DNA of 64,000 nt from Nitrososphaeria archaeon (GCA_963752255.1 CAVVXT010000012.1:96001-160000); one strand, 5' to 3'. Shown: positions 42,126-52,980, counted from the first letter of the stretch. Numbers and translations: made by a program. Notes: generated by a model not told the origin, from the sequence alone.

Positions 42126-43073
42126 TTGGATACAACGCTCGGTATAGATTTAGGCGGAACAAACGTTAGAGTCGCAATCGGCGTTAGGGACGGAAGAATT
42201 CTTGCAAAAGTTGTGAGGAAAACTGTGCGCGAGGGAGACGAGTACGCCATAAGCAGACAGATTATAGAAATGATCAAAGAACTACCCAAGCAACTATTAG
42301 ATAATCTTGTAAATGTGAACATCGGTACAGTGGGACCTCTTGACCAGAAACTTGGCTCAATTTCGCCACCGAATCTACCCTTCAAGCGATCCTACCTTGT
42401 AGAGCCAATAGCTAGAGAACTGAATCAACCTGTTAGAATGTACAACGACTGTGTAGTAGCTGTAATCGGTGAAAAATTCTTTGGCCAAGGCAGGGGAGTC
42501 GATAACGTGGTTTACATCACGATAAGTAGTGGCATAGGTTGTGGAGTTTTTGCCAACGGCCATCTTCTCCTAGGTAAGGAGGGAAACGCTCACGAAATCG
42601 GGCACTTTACAATAGATCCAGAAGGTAGACTTACTTGCGGGTGTGGGAAGAGAGGGCATTGGGAAGCCTACTGTTCCGGTAGTAATATCCCAAATTATGT
42701 GCGTTTAGTGGCGGGCACCTTCAAAGAAGATACGCTAAAGCAGAGTAGCCTCTATCAGAAATTAGACTCCTTGACAAGCAAAGACTTCTTTGACGCGGCA
42801 AAATCAGGTGACAGGTTCGCTTTATCCGTCTTAGAAAACGTGAGTAAATTCAACGCAATAGGATTCGCTAACGCAATAAACGCATACGACCCCGAGGTTA
42901 TTGTCGTAGGAGGGTCTGTGGCATTAAATAATAAGGAACTCTTATTTGAACCGATAGAAAAAAAAGTTGGCGATTACATGGTCAACCGGCTCCCCGAAAT
43001 AAAGTTCACATCCTTGGGAGATGACGTTGGACTTTATGGAGCGATTGCGGCAGGATTCTACCTAGAAAAATGA
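42126..43073 (+). CDS. ROK family sugar kinase (glucokinase)
   Basis: DLGGT, YND, EIGH and CGCGKRGHWE motifs. Confidence 0.9.
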   Translation: MDTTLGIDLGGTNVRVAIGVRDGRILAKVVRKTVREGDEYAISRQIIEMIKELPKQLLDNLVNVNIGTVGPLDQKLGSISPPNLPFKRSYLVEPIARELNQPVRMYNDCVVAVIGEKFFGQGRGVDNVVYITISSGIGCGVFANGHLLLGKEGNAHEIGHFTIDPEGRLTCGCGKRGHWEAYCSGSNIPNYVRLVAGTFKEDTLKQSSLYQKLDSLTSKDFFDAAKSGDRFALSVLENVSKFNAIGFANAINAYDPEVIVVGGSVALNNKELLFEPIEKKVGDYMVNRLPEIKFTSLGDDVGLYGAIAAGFYLEK

Positions 43074-43109
43074 TTCCACGCTAAAACAGCTGTGCAAGTG
43101 TTAAAACTT

Positions 43110-43589
43110 CTATGGTTCCCTATCTAGATGCAATGAAATCTTAGAGAACCATTCTGGGACTTTGATATCTTGAATCCTCCTGTAAGGAGTATAAGGTTTG
43201 ATGTCTATAACAGGGGTGCCATCATAAACATCTAAACCACTGACTTGAATGAATCGATCGTCAAATTCGAGTGTTTTGACGATGCTTACACCCACAGGAT
43301 TGGGTCTTTTCGGAGAATCGCTTGCAAAGACCCCGACCTCAGGAAGGATATCAGGTGGTAAACCCGCTTGTTGAAGATGACGGAATCTAATCTTGAGCGT
43401 ATGTCTGGCCTCAACGCTAACTCTATCAAGAAAGGTGATCAGAATCAGATGTGAAAACCCTTCAATGGAATTCAGCCCTTCCCGGAAATCTTGGAACACT
43501 TCTATCCTGCCCTCCACCGAACCTGATTTGGACAAATCTTCATCCTTAACGTCTGTGTGAACCACTCCAATAGGTGTTAATTCGAACAT
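43110..43589 (-). CDS. trmO: tRNA m6t6A37 methyltransferase (TsaA/TrmO)
   Basis: LTPIG, FSHL, GVFASDSPKRPNP and DGTPVIDIKPY motifs. Confidence 0.88.
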   Translation of the reverse strand: MFELTPIGVVHTDVKDEDLSKSGSVEGRIEVFQDFREGLNSIEGFSHLILITFLDRVSVEARHTLKIRFRHLQQAGLPPDILPEVGVFASDSPKRPNPVGVSIVKTLEFDDRFIQVSGLDVYDGTPVIDIKPYTPYRRIQDIKVPEWFSKISLHLDREP

Positions 43590-43750
43590 GTTGTTATAAC
43601 CTAGGCGTCGTTCTTTAAATCTTTTGGGTATCTGAAATAACGGGAACAAGATGACTTCAATCTGATGGAACTGTATTTTACAATCAAGCTATGTTGGAAG
43701 TTCAAGAAAAAATCGTTGCACGGAATAAATGATAGAAAGTAGGTTGGAAT

Positions 43751-44056
43751 CTACAGTCGACGATCTTTCCGCATTCTTTCAAATAGCGCGTCAACGTCTT
43801 TGCATCTTAATATCAGAACAGTTTTCCCTGATATGCCTAAGCTTGAGACAGTCTCCAAGTCTTCTAGTTTTTGCCTCTTTAACTCTAAAAAATAGAGGTC
43901 ATCATATGGCAAATTGAGGTGTTTTAGAACAGCTTCCTTTATTTTGCTAACTGTTGTAACGGAGTCGACATTCACTTTAATAATGTCTCGTGAAAAGACT
44001 GGCTTTTTTGAAGAATAGGAACTGGAATAGTCCACAGAAATTGTTAAGCTTGACAT
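43751..44056 (-). CDS. Ubiquitin-fold (beta-grasp) protein without C-terminal diglycine
   Basis: Manual alignment to ubiquitin: TTVSKIKEAV-x4-LP ... KLEDLETVSSLGI ... VLILR. Confidence 0.65.
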   Translation of the reverse strand: MSSLTISVDYSSSYSSKKPVFSRDIIKVNVDSVTTVSKIKEAVLKHLNLPYDDLYFLELKRQKLEDLETVSSLGISGKTVLILRCKDVDALFERMRKDRRL

Positions 44057-44063
44057 GCATTAT

Positions 44064-44963
44064 CTAAAATGTGTAGCCTGTCTTTCTTGAAATTTCTTCC
44101 AACCTTTTTATCCTTTTTTCAGTTGAGGGGTGGGTACTGAAAAGTTCGAGCATTGAATTGCCCCTGAACGGGTTTGCGATCCATAAAGATGCAGTTGAAG
44201 GCGAAGTGTTTATAGTGGCACCGCGGTGTATCATCTGCTCTATCTTTGACAACGAACTTATCAGAGAAAGAGGTTTCTTGGTTAGAATCGCACTCGCCTC
44301 ATCAGCATAATACTCTCTGTTTCTGGATATTGCTAACTGAACAAATGATGCAGCTAAAGGTGCTACTATCACCGCCCCAAGAGCAGTCGCGCCACTCCCT
44401 TTTTTACCGCCACCTCCCGAAAGCATTAACATCATGATAACCATGCCGATGTACGAGATGGCTGTCGCAATAGATGCAGCGACTGTTGAAACCAGCATAT
44501 CTTTGTGAACAACGTGCCCTATTTCATGGCCTAGCACTGCCTCGACTTCGCTGTCATTCATAATATTTAACAGACCAGTTGTCGCGGCCACTACTGCATG
44601 GTCCTTACTTCTTCCGGTTGCAAAAGCATTGGGTTGCGGGCTATTAACTATAGCAATTTTAGGTTTTGGTATTTTAGCTTCATATGCTAACTTTGTAACT
44701 ATCGCGTGAAGTCTGGGAGCTTCATTTTCATCAACTATATGAGCGTGAGTAGATGCCAAAACCATCTTGTCGCTAGCAAAATACATGACAAAATTGATGC
44801 CGACCGCCATCAACAAAAACAACGCTGCTATTTCAATCCCTCCAATGATAAACCCTAACGCTACAAATATACCGCCTAGCAACGCAAATAACATTGTGAG
44901 CTTAAAATATGTACCTAAACTACTTCCATATGAGAGACTCATAGATATCAGTTTGTTAGGCAT
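44064..44963 (-). CDS. htpX: Zn metalloprotease HtpX (M48)
   Basis: PNAFATG, HEIGH, SRNREYYAD and FSTHP motifs. Confidence 0.93.
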   Translation of the reverse strand: MPNKLISMSLSYGSSLGTYFKLTMLFALLGGIFVALGFIIGGIEIAALFLLMAVGINFVMYFASDKMVLASTHAHIVDENEAPRLHAIVTKLAYEAKIPKPKIAIVNSPQPNAFATGRSKDHAVVAATTGLLNIMNDSEVEAVLGHEIGHVVHKDMLVSTVAASIATAISYIGMVIMMLMLSGGGGKKGSGATALGAVIVAPLAASFVQLAISRNREYYADEASAILTKKPLSLISSLSKIEQMIHRGATINTSPSTASLWIANPFRGNSMLELFSTHPSTEKRIKRLEEISRKTGYTF

Positions 44964-45182
44964 CTTATAAACAAGATATAAACTTTGCTAAAAACGATAA
45001 AAAAAGGGTTTAGAAGTTATCAGTTTCAAATCTGGAAAGTTTCCATATACAACTTTACAGTTCTAAAATTTGGATTTAAACCATTAAAAAGTTTGTCGGT
45101 TCAGTTTCTTAAAAAATTAAGAACATAAGAGTTTATCAGACCCTCGCGCGTCAATTATTTATATTGTACACGATAATGGTCT

Positions 45183-45824
45183 TTGTTGGGATACAGGCTA
45201 ATATTCTTTGATCTCGACGGGACATTAATAACATGCAGAAGCAGCTGGCAGCTTATCCATCAAAGATTTGGCACCTTGGATCAAGCGAAAAAATCTCTTG
45301 AAGAGTATCGTAGCGGAAAGATCTCCTATCAAGAATTTATGGTTAAGGATACGTCCTCTTGGCTAAACAAAAGAGGGAGAATACACCTCAAAGAAATAGA
45401 GGAGATCTTATCAAAATATAGGTTTAAAAATGGAGTGAAAGATGTGATACTAAATCTTAGAGAAAAAGGCCTTAGTGTGATAATAATAACAGCTGGACTA
45501 AACCTACTCGCAGAAAAGGTTGGGGAAGAGCTTGGTGCGGATATCGTTCTATCGAATAGCCTTCGGGTAGACAGTCAAAACTTTCTAGTAGCTGGAGGCT
45601 TAGATATCGTTGATCCCCTCAAAAAAGACATGCTATTAAAAAAGGTCTCAGAAGAACGGAATGTCCCTTTAAGGGAAACTGTAGCTGTCGGAGATACCGT
45701 ATACGACCTGACTATGCTAAAAGCAGCGGGTTTAGGGTTATACTTTGGAAAAGTTGAAGATATAAAGCATTCCAATATTAAACCAATTCGAAACTTTTAC
45801 GAAATACTTGACTTTATTAAATGA
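45183..45824 (+). CDS. HAD-IB phosphatase (phosphoserine phosphatase-like)
   Basis: DLDGTL, TAG and GDTVYD motifs. Confidence 0.85.
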   Translation: MLGYRLIFFDLDGTLITCRSSWQLIHQRFGTLDQAKKSLEEYRSGKISYQEFMVKDTSSWLNKRGRIHLKEIEEILSKYRFKNGVKDVILNLREKGLSVIIITAGLNLLAEKVGEELGADIVLSNSLRVDSQNFLVAGGLDIVDPLKKDMLLKKVSEERNVPLRETVAVGDTVYDLTMLKAAGLGLYFGKVEDIKHSNIKPIRNFYEILDFIK

Positions 45825-46043
45825 AACGGGTCCATTCCCGTTTGTTCCCAGTCGCAAAACACTTAAATTTAGCGGAAAAGGCTAAAACAGAACTTAAGGC
45901 TTTCATTTTGCCTTCAAAAGATAGTAATAATGCTTTTGCATATCCCTTTATAATGGTTTTACAATAATTTTCAAGATATTATTTAATAATCGTCTAAGAA
46001 AGAAAACTATATAAAAGCACGACAAGTAATTCATTCGAAGATT

Positions 46044-46655
46044 ATGGAAAAAATACTTGTATACACTCTACCGAAGTTGCCATATGGCTACTCAGATTTA
46101 GCACCAAACATATCGGAGGAACAGTTGAGAATACACCACACAAAACACCATCAAGGATACGTCAATAACATAAATGCAGCTTTCGAAAAACTGGATAAGG
46201 CAATAAAAGAAGGCACCGACATCGACAGGAAAGCGTTCTGGAAAGATTTGTCCTTCAACTTGGGCGGACATGTTCTACATTCCCTATTCTGGCCAAATAT
46301 GGCGCCGGCGGGCAAAGGGGGTGGAAGTCCTGGTGGAAAACTTGCAGACAACATAAATGCTAGTTTTGGAAGCCTTGAAAGGTTCAAAAAAGAATTTAGT
46401 CAGACAGCGAATACTGCAGAAGGCTCTGGCTGGGCGGCGCTCACCTTTTCTCCAGAATCCAACAGACTTGCTATCATGCAGATAGAGAAACATAATGTTA
46501 ATGTTTTCCCAAATCACTCCATACTGATGGCTCTTGATGTATGGGAGCACGCATACTACCTAGACTACAAGAATGAAAGATCCAAGTTCGTGGAAGCATT
46601 TTGGAACATCATAAACTGGAATGAAGTAAACAAAAGACTGGAAAAATTGATTTAG
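46044..46655 (+). CDS. sod: Fe/Mn superoxide dismutase
   Basis: [15 protein letters not shown] and DVWEHAYY motifs. Confidence 0.96.
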   Translation: MEKILVYTLPKLPYGYSDLAPNISEEQLRIHHTKHHQGYVNNINAAFEKLDKAIKEGTDIDRKAFWKDLSFNLGGHVLHSLFWPNMAPAGKGGGSPGGKLADNINASFGSLERFKKEFSQTANTAEGSGWAALTFSPESNRLAIMQIEKHNVNVFPNHSILMALDVWEHAYYLDYKNERSKFVEAFWNIINWNEVNKRLEKLI

Positions 46656-46777
46656 AAAATTTTTCCACCCAATCCCTTTTTATTTTATTAATCAGTATTT
46701 TATTTTCAACTATTATTTCATCATTCCTTTTATATTTTGTTTCTATAGAATATTCTTTAATAAAAATCATATTTTCT

Positions 46778-48217
46778 TTAAATAGTTGCTATAAATCCAT
46801 GCGTTACGTCGGCAATTGATTGAATAAGTGGATGTCTGATTTTTGAGGGATCTTTAATTTTTTCTAACCTGTGAACTCTAAAGTAGATGGGTGGGTGAGC
46901 CTCCAAACTTAACCATTCCTGGATTCGGTACGACCGCATCCGTTCATAAAGAAGCCTCTTGAAACCTATCTTCTGGAGGGCTCCTGCTAGAACCTGTGGT
47001 TGCTGGATTACCATAGCCGAAATAAGGTCGGCTCTGGCTTCAAGACATTTTGCTATGGAAAAGAAGATGGCTGAGATAACCCAAAAGTATATGAAGAAAA
47101 GTAAGAGGGATGAGACAAAGGGTATAAACACAAAGAAGTAGATAAGGTACTGAATTGCATTTAGGCCATACAGTAAAAGTGGGTCTCGTCCTTTTAAATG
47201 TCCGAACTCGTGACCTAAGACGTTTATGATCTCAGCTTCTTCGAGCTGAACAAGAAGACCTGTCGTAATCATGACGAGTCCGCGACTTGGGCTAGGTCCT
47301 GACGCAGACGCGTTAGGGAGTAAAGTATTTGCAACAACGATTTTAGGCATCTTGTACCCGAATTTGTCCGCTGTAGTTTTGACCATCTGGTAGACGTTTA
47401 CTTTTTTAGAAACCAAATCCTCTGGCCTGCAATCTAGTCCGTATTTGGTAAAGATCTCGTGAACTGTTTGGCAGTCAATTTCTCCATCTTTTAAAACCGT
47501 CTTCTCGTATACTTCGCGCTTGAGTGCAATTAGTTGTTCTTTTGTAAATTTTTTCCTGATCATATCAGCTTCCTGTGAAGGCAAGTGATATTCAAGAAAA
47601 TGGATAGTCGGATTGCGCTCTGTTATTCGCCAATCTCCTACCCTGGCGACAATTTTGCTTGAGTAAAGGACAACGACCAATTGAATACCTAAAAAAGGAA
47701 TCAGGGCGTAACCACCTAAAAACGTGAAAACCACTATACCGACGCCGATAAACAGAATTAGAATGAGAATCTGTGTCTCAATAAGGAGCCGGTTAAGAGA
47801 CCTTTCTTTTCCAGTAAGGCGTTCTGGAACTATCTTTTCACCCTCCTCCCATGCAAAAAATAAAGTGCTCCTTCTAAGTTGTTCTTCAAAAAGGTCGATC
47901 GAGATTTCGATATCTTCTTTTGCTTCAATAATCTTTTCTTCCGTCACCGTGTCGTCAAAGGTCTTTATAATGATCTGAATAGGCTCACTAGCTATAACCT
48001 TCTCGTCAAACTTCTGCCTAGTGTCCGGCATTGTAAAGCTGAAGGAAAGGTAAGGATCACCATCAGTTATATCCTTTAAGACGTTTTCGAACATCTTTTC
48101 CTGGGGTAGAATGTATCTTTGATGTATGAAATCCAAAAGATTTATTCTGAGGTTGGGAGGTAATTTTGTTCCAACTGTGTAGGTAAAAGTTCTTTCGGCC
48201 ATCCTTACGTAATGCAC
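46778..48217 (-). CDS. M48/HtpX-like metalloprotease with long N-terminal extension
   Basis: PNASA, HEFGH, EARAD and HPP motifs with TM segments. Confidence 0.85.
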   Translation of the reverse strand: MHYVRMAERTFTYTVGTKLPPNLRINLLDFIHQRYILPQEKMFENVLKDITDGDPYLSFSFTMPDTRQKFDEKVIASEPIQIIIKTFDDTVTEEKIIEAKEDIEISIDLFEEQLRRSTLFFAWEEGEKIVPERLTGKERSLNRLLIETQILILILFIGVGIVVFTFLGGYALIPFLGIQLVVVLYSSKIVARVGDWRITERNPTIHFLEYHLPSQEADMIRKKFTKEQLIALKREVYEKTVLKDGEIDCQTVHEIFTKYGLDCRPEDLVSKKVNVYQMVKTTADKFGYKMPKIVVANTLLPNASASGPSPSRGLVMITTGLLVQLEEAEIINVLGHEFGHLKGRDPLLLYGLNAIQYLIYFFVFIPFVSSLLLFFIYFWVISAIFFSIAKCLEARADLISAMVIQQPQVLAGALQKIGFKRLLYERMRSYRIQEWLSLEAHPPIYFRVHRLEKIKDPSKIRHPLIQSIADVTHGFIATI

Positions 48218-48481
48218 AACTCTTTCTGTGTTTATAAATTTTGACTTTAGGGCCCATTAAATGGAGTCTTTGCAATTGTGATTATTGCTGATTATCAAGA
48301 TATTAAAAAGTCTTAAGAACAATAGCGCCTTAACAATTCATCATAAATTAGCTCTTTTTTTCATTTTGACTTTAATAAATTTCTTAATTCTAGATTTGAT
48401 TATTAAGTGTTCCGGATACGGGGCAATCCTTTTTTTATTCTAGAAAATCTTTTAGGTAGGAACAATAAACCGTCAAATAAT

Positions 48482-48557
48482 AGCCCGGTGGTGCAGCGGT
48501 CAAGCACAGCGGCCTCTGGAGCCGCAAACACCAGTTCGAATCTGGTCCGGGCTACCA
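48482..48557 (+). tRNA. tRNA-Gln(CUG), CCA encoded
   Basis: AGCCCGG/CCGGGCT acceptor stem (A1:U72); GCGGC-CTCTGGA-GCCGC anticodon arm; GTTCGAAT T-loop. Confidence 0.96.
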
Positions 48558-49217
48558 CATCACCCACCGATGTTTTAGCGATAGATGCACTCCCATGTGC
48601 AGTTGGCTTTTAAAAGCTTAGGGTAAGCATCACCCTAAATCGCTGATTCTGCTCTGCCGGATTTAGCGATAGAACACATCTCAGGAAAGGGAGGCGTTAA
48701 AAAAATCGAGATAACACAATCGCTGATCTACCTATCGATACCCCAAAAAAATGAGGTTATTTAAAAAAAATTGAACTAACTTCAAACTGTTGCATCTCGG
48801 ACTAAAGCTCATGTGTCAGGTTACCCACGAATATAACCTACCAGTACCAGTTAAGACACTTTTTGACCTGTCTGGTATGAGTTTAGCGAGACGTGGAAAG
48901 GTTCACTTTAGTGAAAAACACCTATTCTGCTAGTATGGCGACCATTGAGAACAGGATTAATGTTTTCCTTTTATCTATCACCTTTTCCATGTCACCTCTT
49001 GTGATTGTGGATATATTGCAATTTATTAAAGAGTTTTTCAGAATCCAACCAAAATGTACTCCTAATTTTACACAAATTATACCAAATTTAAGATGAGGCA
49101 GTTTGTAGGCATCTTGTTCACTGAGGATCCAATACCACACTGGGAACATTCAAACAAACAAAAAATGCAACTACTTAAAACGGAAAGTTAGATTTAAAAA
49201 AAGGAGATAATGGCTAG

Positions 49218-49623
49218 TTGTGAATATTAAATACTCTTATAAGGGAGAAGGTTCTTTCTAATACTTAAGTGATAAAATGATCTTTATCAGTTTAATGAAG
49301 AACAGGCAGAAGCTAACAAAGGAATGTTTAGCTGAAAGCTCGAAGAACATGGAAAAAGACAAGAAAGAAGGAATAAAGTATCTTGGAATATATTATACAC
49401 TAGGCAGATACGACAACGTCGTCATAATGGAAGCGCCTGATGAAAAAACAGCTATGAAAGCCTCCATCAGAAAAGGAGAACATCTTGCAAGTGAGACGCT
49501 CGTCGCAGTACCCGCAGAAGAAGCCAGAAAACTCGTCGAATAATTAAGACACACCTTCACAACATTTTTTTGATATATTATAACGCATATGATATTTTTT
49601 GAGTTAGTTTATTCATAGCCTTT
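49218..49623 (+). repeat. ~400 bp direct repeat, copy 1 (promoter + GYD gene + 3' flank)
   Basis: Aligns with 53880-54275; the 59-nt upstream region has one mismatch. Confidence 0.92.
49277..49543 (+). CDS. GYD domain protein (copy A)
   Basis: YYTLGRYD...EAPDE...SETLVA family pattern. Confidence 0.88.
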   Translation: MIFISLMKNRQKLTKECLAESSKNMEKDKKEGIKYLGIYYTLGRYDNVVIMEAPDEKTAMKASIRKGEHLASETLVAVPAEEARKLVE

Positions 49624-49858
49624 GTTGGGTTTTTATTTGTAATTAATTATCTCTATTCTAATTTCACTACAGAACCACTCTCTAAGAGTTTGTGGAATTA
49701 TCTATATATTCGTCTCTCTATATGCCTTACGAGACCAATTTTGCAAAGTTCTTTTAGGAATATGATCTTTTAATCCAGATTTGATCAGATATTCTTTGGC
49801 TTCATTATTGAACACATTTCAAAACTATTTTTTCTTAGCTGCTGAGCTGCTGAATTAC

Positions 49859-51457
49859 TCAAAGGTCAGAGTCACCAGCAGACGAGTACCTTCTAAGAGC
49901 GTCCCTAACCACGCTTCTCATACTTGCAGATACGAATGGCTGGAACGGAGCAAGATATCTCACGCCCTTCGCCTTTGCAATCGCTTGGCCGTCATTTTCA
50001 CTCAGATATCCGGTAAGGAACGCTTCAGCGACAAGCTTCATCCCTTCCTCTTTAGCCGCGTCCTTTGCGGAATAGTAGAGAAACTCGGCGAGATCCCACG
50101 CCGTATCACCATTCTCCACGGCCTGCTCGAGGTCGAAAAGATAGATTTCATCTTTGCACACGATTGCGTTCTCTGCCTTCGTGTCCCCATATACCAAGCC
50201 AGCCTTGTGCAACTTGCCCAATATTTTGCCATACTTTACGATGTACTTCGTTCCGGTTCCTTTCCCATCCGTTACCTCCTCGACGAACTTAGAGAGTGAT
50301 ACCCCCTTGACATACGCGGTAACCAGAATCCTTTCGTGAAAGGCAATGCCGATTATATTATGAGTTCTTATTCCAAGTTTACGTACTCGCTTGACAGCCT
50401 CGTACTCTCTCTGGAGTCTTGAAAGTGGGCTCATGTCGAATTTCTTAGCAGTAAAAGCCCACAGGTTGAGCAATCCCCACTTTATGGACTTGAGATCAGG
50501 AAAGTGTTTGAGGATATAGTACATGTGCTTTCCATGACCCGAAATTTCGAGCAGCTCAGTGGAAGTGTAGATCTCTCCCTTTTTCTCCATTTTATGGCTA
50601 TAGGTTTTGCCGAAGCCGGACATCTGAGCAAGCTCTTCGGTTATCCTGTTTACATCATCAAAAAGAAGCCCTTCCTCAAGGCAAAGCAGCCTCTTCGGCC
50701 GGTTGAGTTCAACCAATGGTTCGACCGTTCCTCCCATCCTTCCCACTTTAGAGAGAGCTTCAGTCTTGACGATCTCGCTTCCCACTTCTCTAGTGAATCC
50801 ATGAATCGGGTACTGGGCAACGCCTGTACTCATGGGCGAAAACATTGAGACAATCTTGGAAAGTAAGCTCGCACTAGACATACTGCGGTTGACCCTGACC
50901 GATTCATTAGTACTTTCCAATATCCCTTGTGAAGCAAGAAATGCTGCCGCTTCTCGGAACCCACGAACCGTGAACTCCTTGTTCTCTTTCCTACGAGCAC
51001 ATGTATAAGTGTGATCGTAGCTGTAAATCACATGTGGGTAGACAAGAGCCCTTTTATGCAGCTTATCGAAAAGAAAGTATTCGTAAGGAATGATTAAGTT
51101 TGAAGAAAAGTCGCCGTAGTCTGAATGGATTTCGATCAGCTCTTCAGCTATGACCCTCTTTTTGTATTCGACTTCTACACTCCGCAAGAACTCTGGGTTA
51201 ACTATGGGTTCATAGATGTTCAAAAGCCTGCCTACGACGAACTCATCAAGAGAAGATTGCTTTGCATCTTCTCGCAGAGCGGTCTCCTCGACGATGATCG
51301 CTGATGACTGAATGGGCTCTTGGTTTTGTACGTACCTTATGCTTTCATCGAAGTCCTTCGCAACTATGATCATGTCATAACCAGAATCTTCTCTCGCATA
51401 GCCCGCAACCTTAGAGCCGTAAGCACAAATGGAAGATATCTTCTCTTTCCCGACCAA
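49859..51457 (-). CDS. Nucleotidyltransferase-like domain fused to a RIO/Bud32/Kdo-type kinase domain
   Basis: N-terminal YGSKVAGY...DSGYD; C-terminal LHKAGLVYGDTKAEN and FDLEQA. True start may be ~51514. Confidence 0.75.
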   Translation of the reverse strand: MVGKEKISSICAYGSKVAGYAREDSGYDMIIVAKDFDESIRYVQNQEPIQSSAIIVEETALREDAKQSSLDEFVVGRLLNIYEPIVNPEFLRSVEVEYKKRVIAEELIEIHSDYGDFSSNLIIPYEYFLFDKLHKRALVYPHVIYSYDHTYTCARRKENKEFTVRGFREAAAFLASQGILESTNESVRVNRSMSSASLLSKIVSMFSPMSTGVAQYPIHGFTREVGSEIVKTEALSKVGRMGGTVEPLVELNRPKRLLCLEEGLLFDDVNRITEELAQMSGFGKTYSHKMEKKGEIYTSTELLEISGHGKHMYYILKHFPDLKSIKWGLLNLWAFTAKKFDMSPLSRLQREYEAVKRVRKLGIRTHNIIGIAFHERILVTAYVKGVSLSKFVEEVTDGKGTGTKYIVKYGKILGKLHKAGLVYGDTKAENAIVCKDEIYLFDLEQAVENGDTAWDLAEFLYYSAKDAAKEEGMKLVAEAFLTGYLSENDGQAIAKAKGVRYLAPFQPFVSASMRSVVRDALRRYSSAGDSDL

Positions 51458-51948
51458 GGATTCGGCAAGGGTGCGCAGCTTAGATTTCTCCCTTGCAGTC
51501 AGCCTGCTCTTCAGGGTTCCATCTCCTCTTTTATCCCGAGCATGACCTAAGTCAGGACGGCCTATGATTTAAAAGTAGTTCGAGTGGGAAACAATTGGTC
51601 AAAATCATTGGTTGATAGAACGCCATCTTTCTGAAAAACTTTTCAAATCTAATAGGAATCGAATTTTTTTTCTTCTACGTTGTCTTCTTCGGTTTTTTAA
51701 TTGATGGCTATTTGGTTTTGAAGTGAGTTCCTAAATAGCTTAAGATTTTCTATTTGATCCCTCATGAAGATTTTCGCTTTGTTAGGATATGAGGAATTGC
51801 CGTGGTCGATCCAACCTCATGTGTCGATGTGGGCGCTGGCGAGCAGCAGGCTGGGCGCGCTCAACTTTATATTAGGTATTCTGCAAACGTAATATCCTTC
51901 ACTTCATTAACAAAAGGATTTATTAACCCCAAAGTGTATCCAATAATC

Positions 51949-52119
51949 ATGAGCAAAGAAGAAGTAAAGGGAAAAGGTAAACAAATCAAGGGAAAGATTC
52001 GTGAAGAAGTAGGCAAATTGACGGATAACAAAACGGAACAGCTTAAAGGTAAGATTGAGAAAGCTGAAGGGAAAGCCGAAGAGGAAATAGGGAAAGCAAA
52101 AAGAAAGGCAAAAGATTAA
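51949..52119 (+). CDS. CsbD-family stress protein
   Basis: KGKGKQIKGKIREEVGKLTDN...KG pattern; real start ATG 51949. Confidence 0.85.
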   Translation: MSKEEVKGKGKQIKGKIREEVGKLTDNKTEQLKGKIEKAEGKAEEEIGKAKRKAKD

Positions 52120-52211
52120 GAGAATGATCTCCCTCTGATCTGAGTTACTTTTATTTTTTTTCTCGAGTTGCTTATAGCTAAAACTTTTTCATTTGGACTG
52201 CCCTATAGCTT

Positions 52212-52355
52212 TCAATGTTGCGCATATTCTAGACCTCTCTTCCTTCTTGCTTTTTTCTTCTGTCCTTTGCTTCTTTCACCAAACCCGCTTCCAACTGTGG
52301 ATTTCCTTTGCTTGTCTTTTCCCACCGTATATTCTGTCTTCTTCTTCGCTGGCAT
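52212..52355 (-). CDS. Small basic hypothetical protein (47 aa)
   Basis: MPAKKKTEY...KKKARRKRGLEYAQH; TTTAAA box ~25-30 nt upstream. Confidence 0.5.
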   Translation of the reverse strand: MPAKKKTEYTVGKDKQRKSTVGSGFGERSKGQKKKARRKRGLEYAQH

Positions 52356-52980
52356 TAACCATCGGGACAGTATTCAAAGTTTAAAGATTTAATCTTAATA
52401 TTAACAGAGTACCCCTCTTTATTCAAAATAGTTACAGACTAAGGAAAATATCTATTTATATATTTTATAACAATACTTTCAGATTTGCCTTTTCATTATT
52501 TTTCCTTTAATATTGTAGGACGATAGTCATAAAATGTAATCAAAATCAGATATAAAAAATAGTTAAGAGAATCATTTGGCAACTTTTAATATTAAATTAC
52601 AAAAAAGCATAACCACATAGGAACGGTTTTTAGAGTAAACTTTATAGACTATATATATCATGGAAGAAATCTCTATTTAACTGGTGGATAAGGTCTCCTT
52701 TATATAGGAGGACCACTAATTTATTCTTGATAGATATGTGTCTTAACAGATTTTACACCGTTAAAGGAGGCTATCTCACTAAGAGCATAAGCTATCAATG
52801 TCGACTTAGAAGCTTTAGAAACAGCTAACTAATCTTAATTGTGATCCTAGCTCTTCCTCTCTTTGTATCATTGTTTTCAAGTTTATTTATTGAATCGAAC
52901 TGGTTATCTCCCAAGTGTGGAATCCTTAAAAAAGATACTATAAAGATCACAGGGACTGTCGCTGACGATATGTTCTTCGC

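Noticed and set aside
48407-48613. 68-aa ORF
   Set aside because: It overlaps tRNA-Gln and is spurious.
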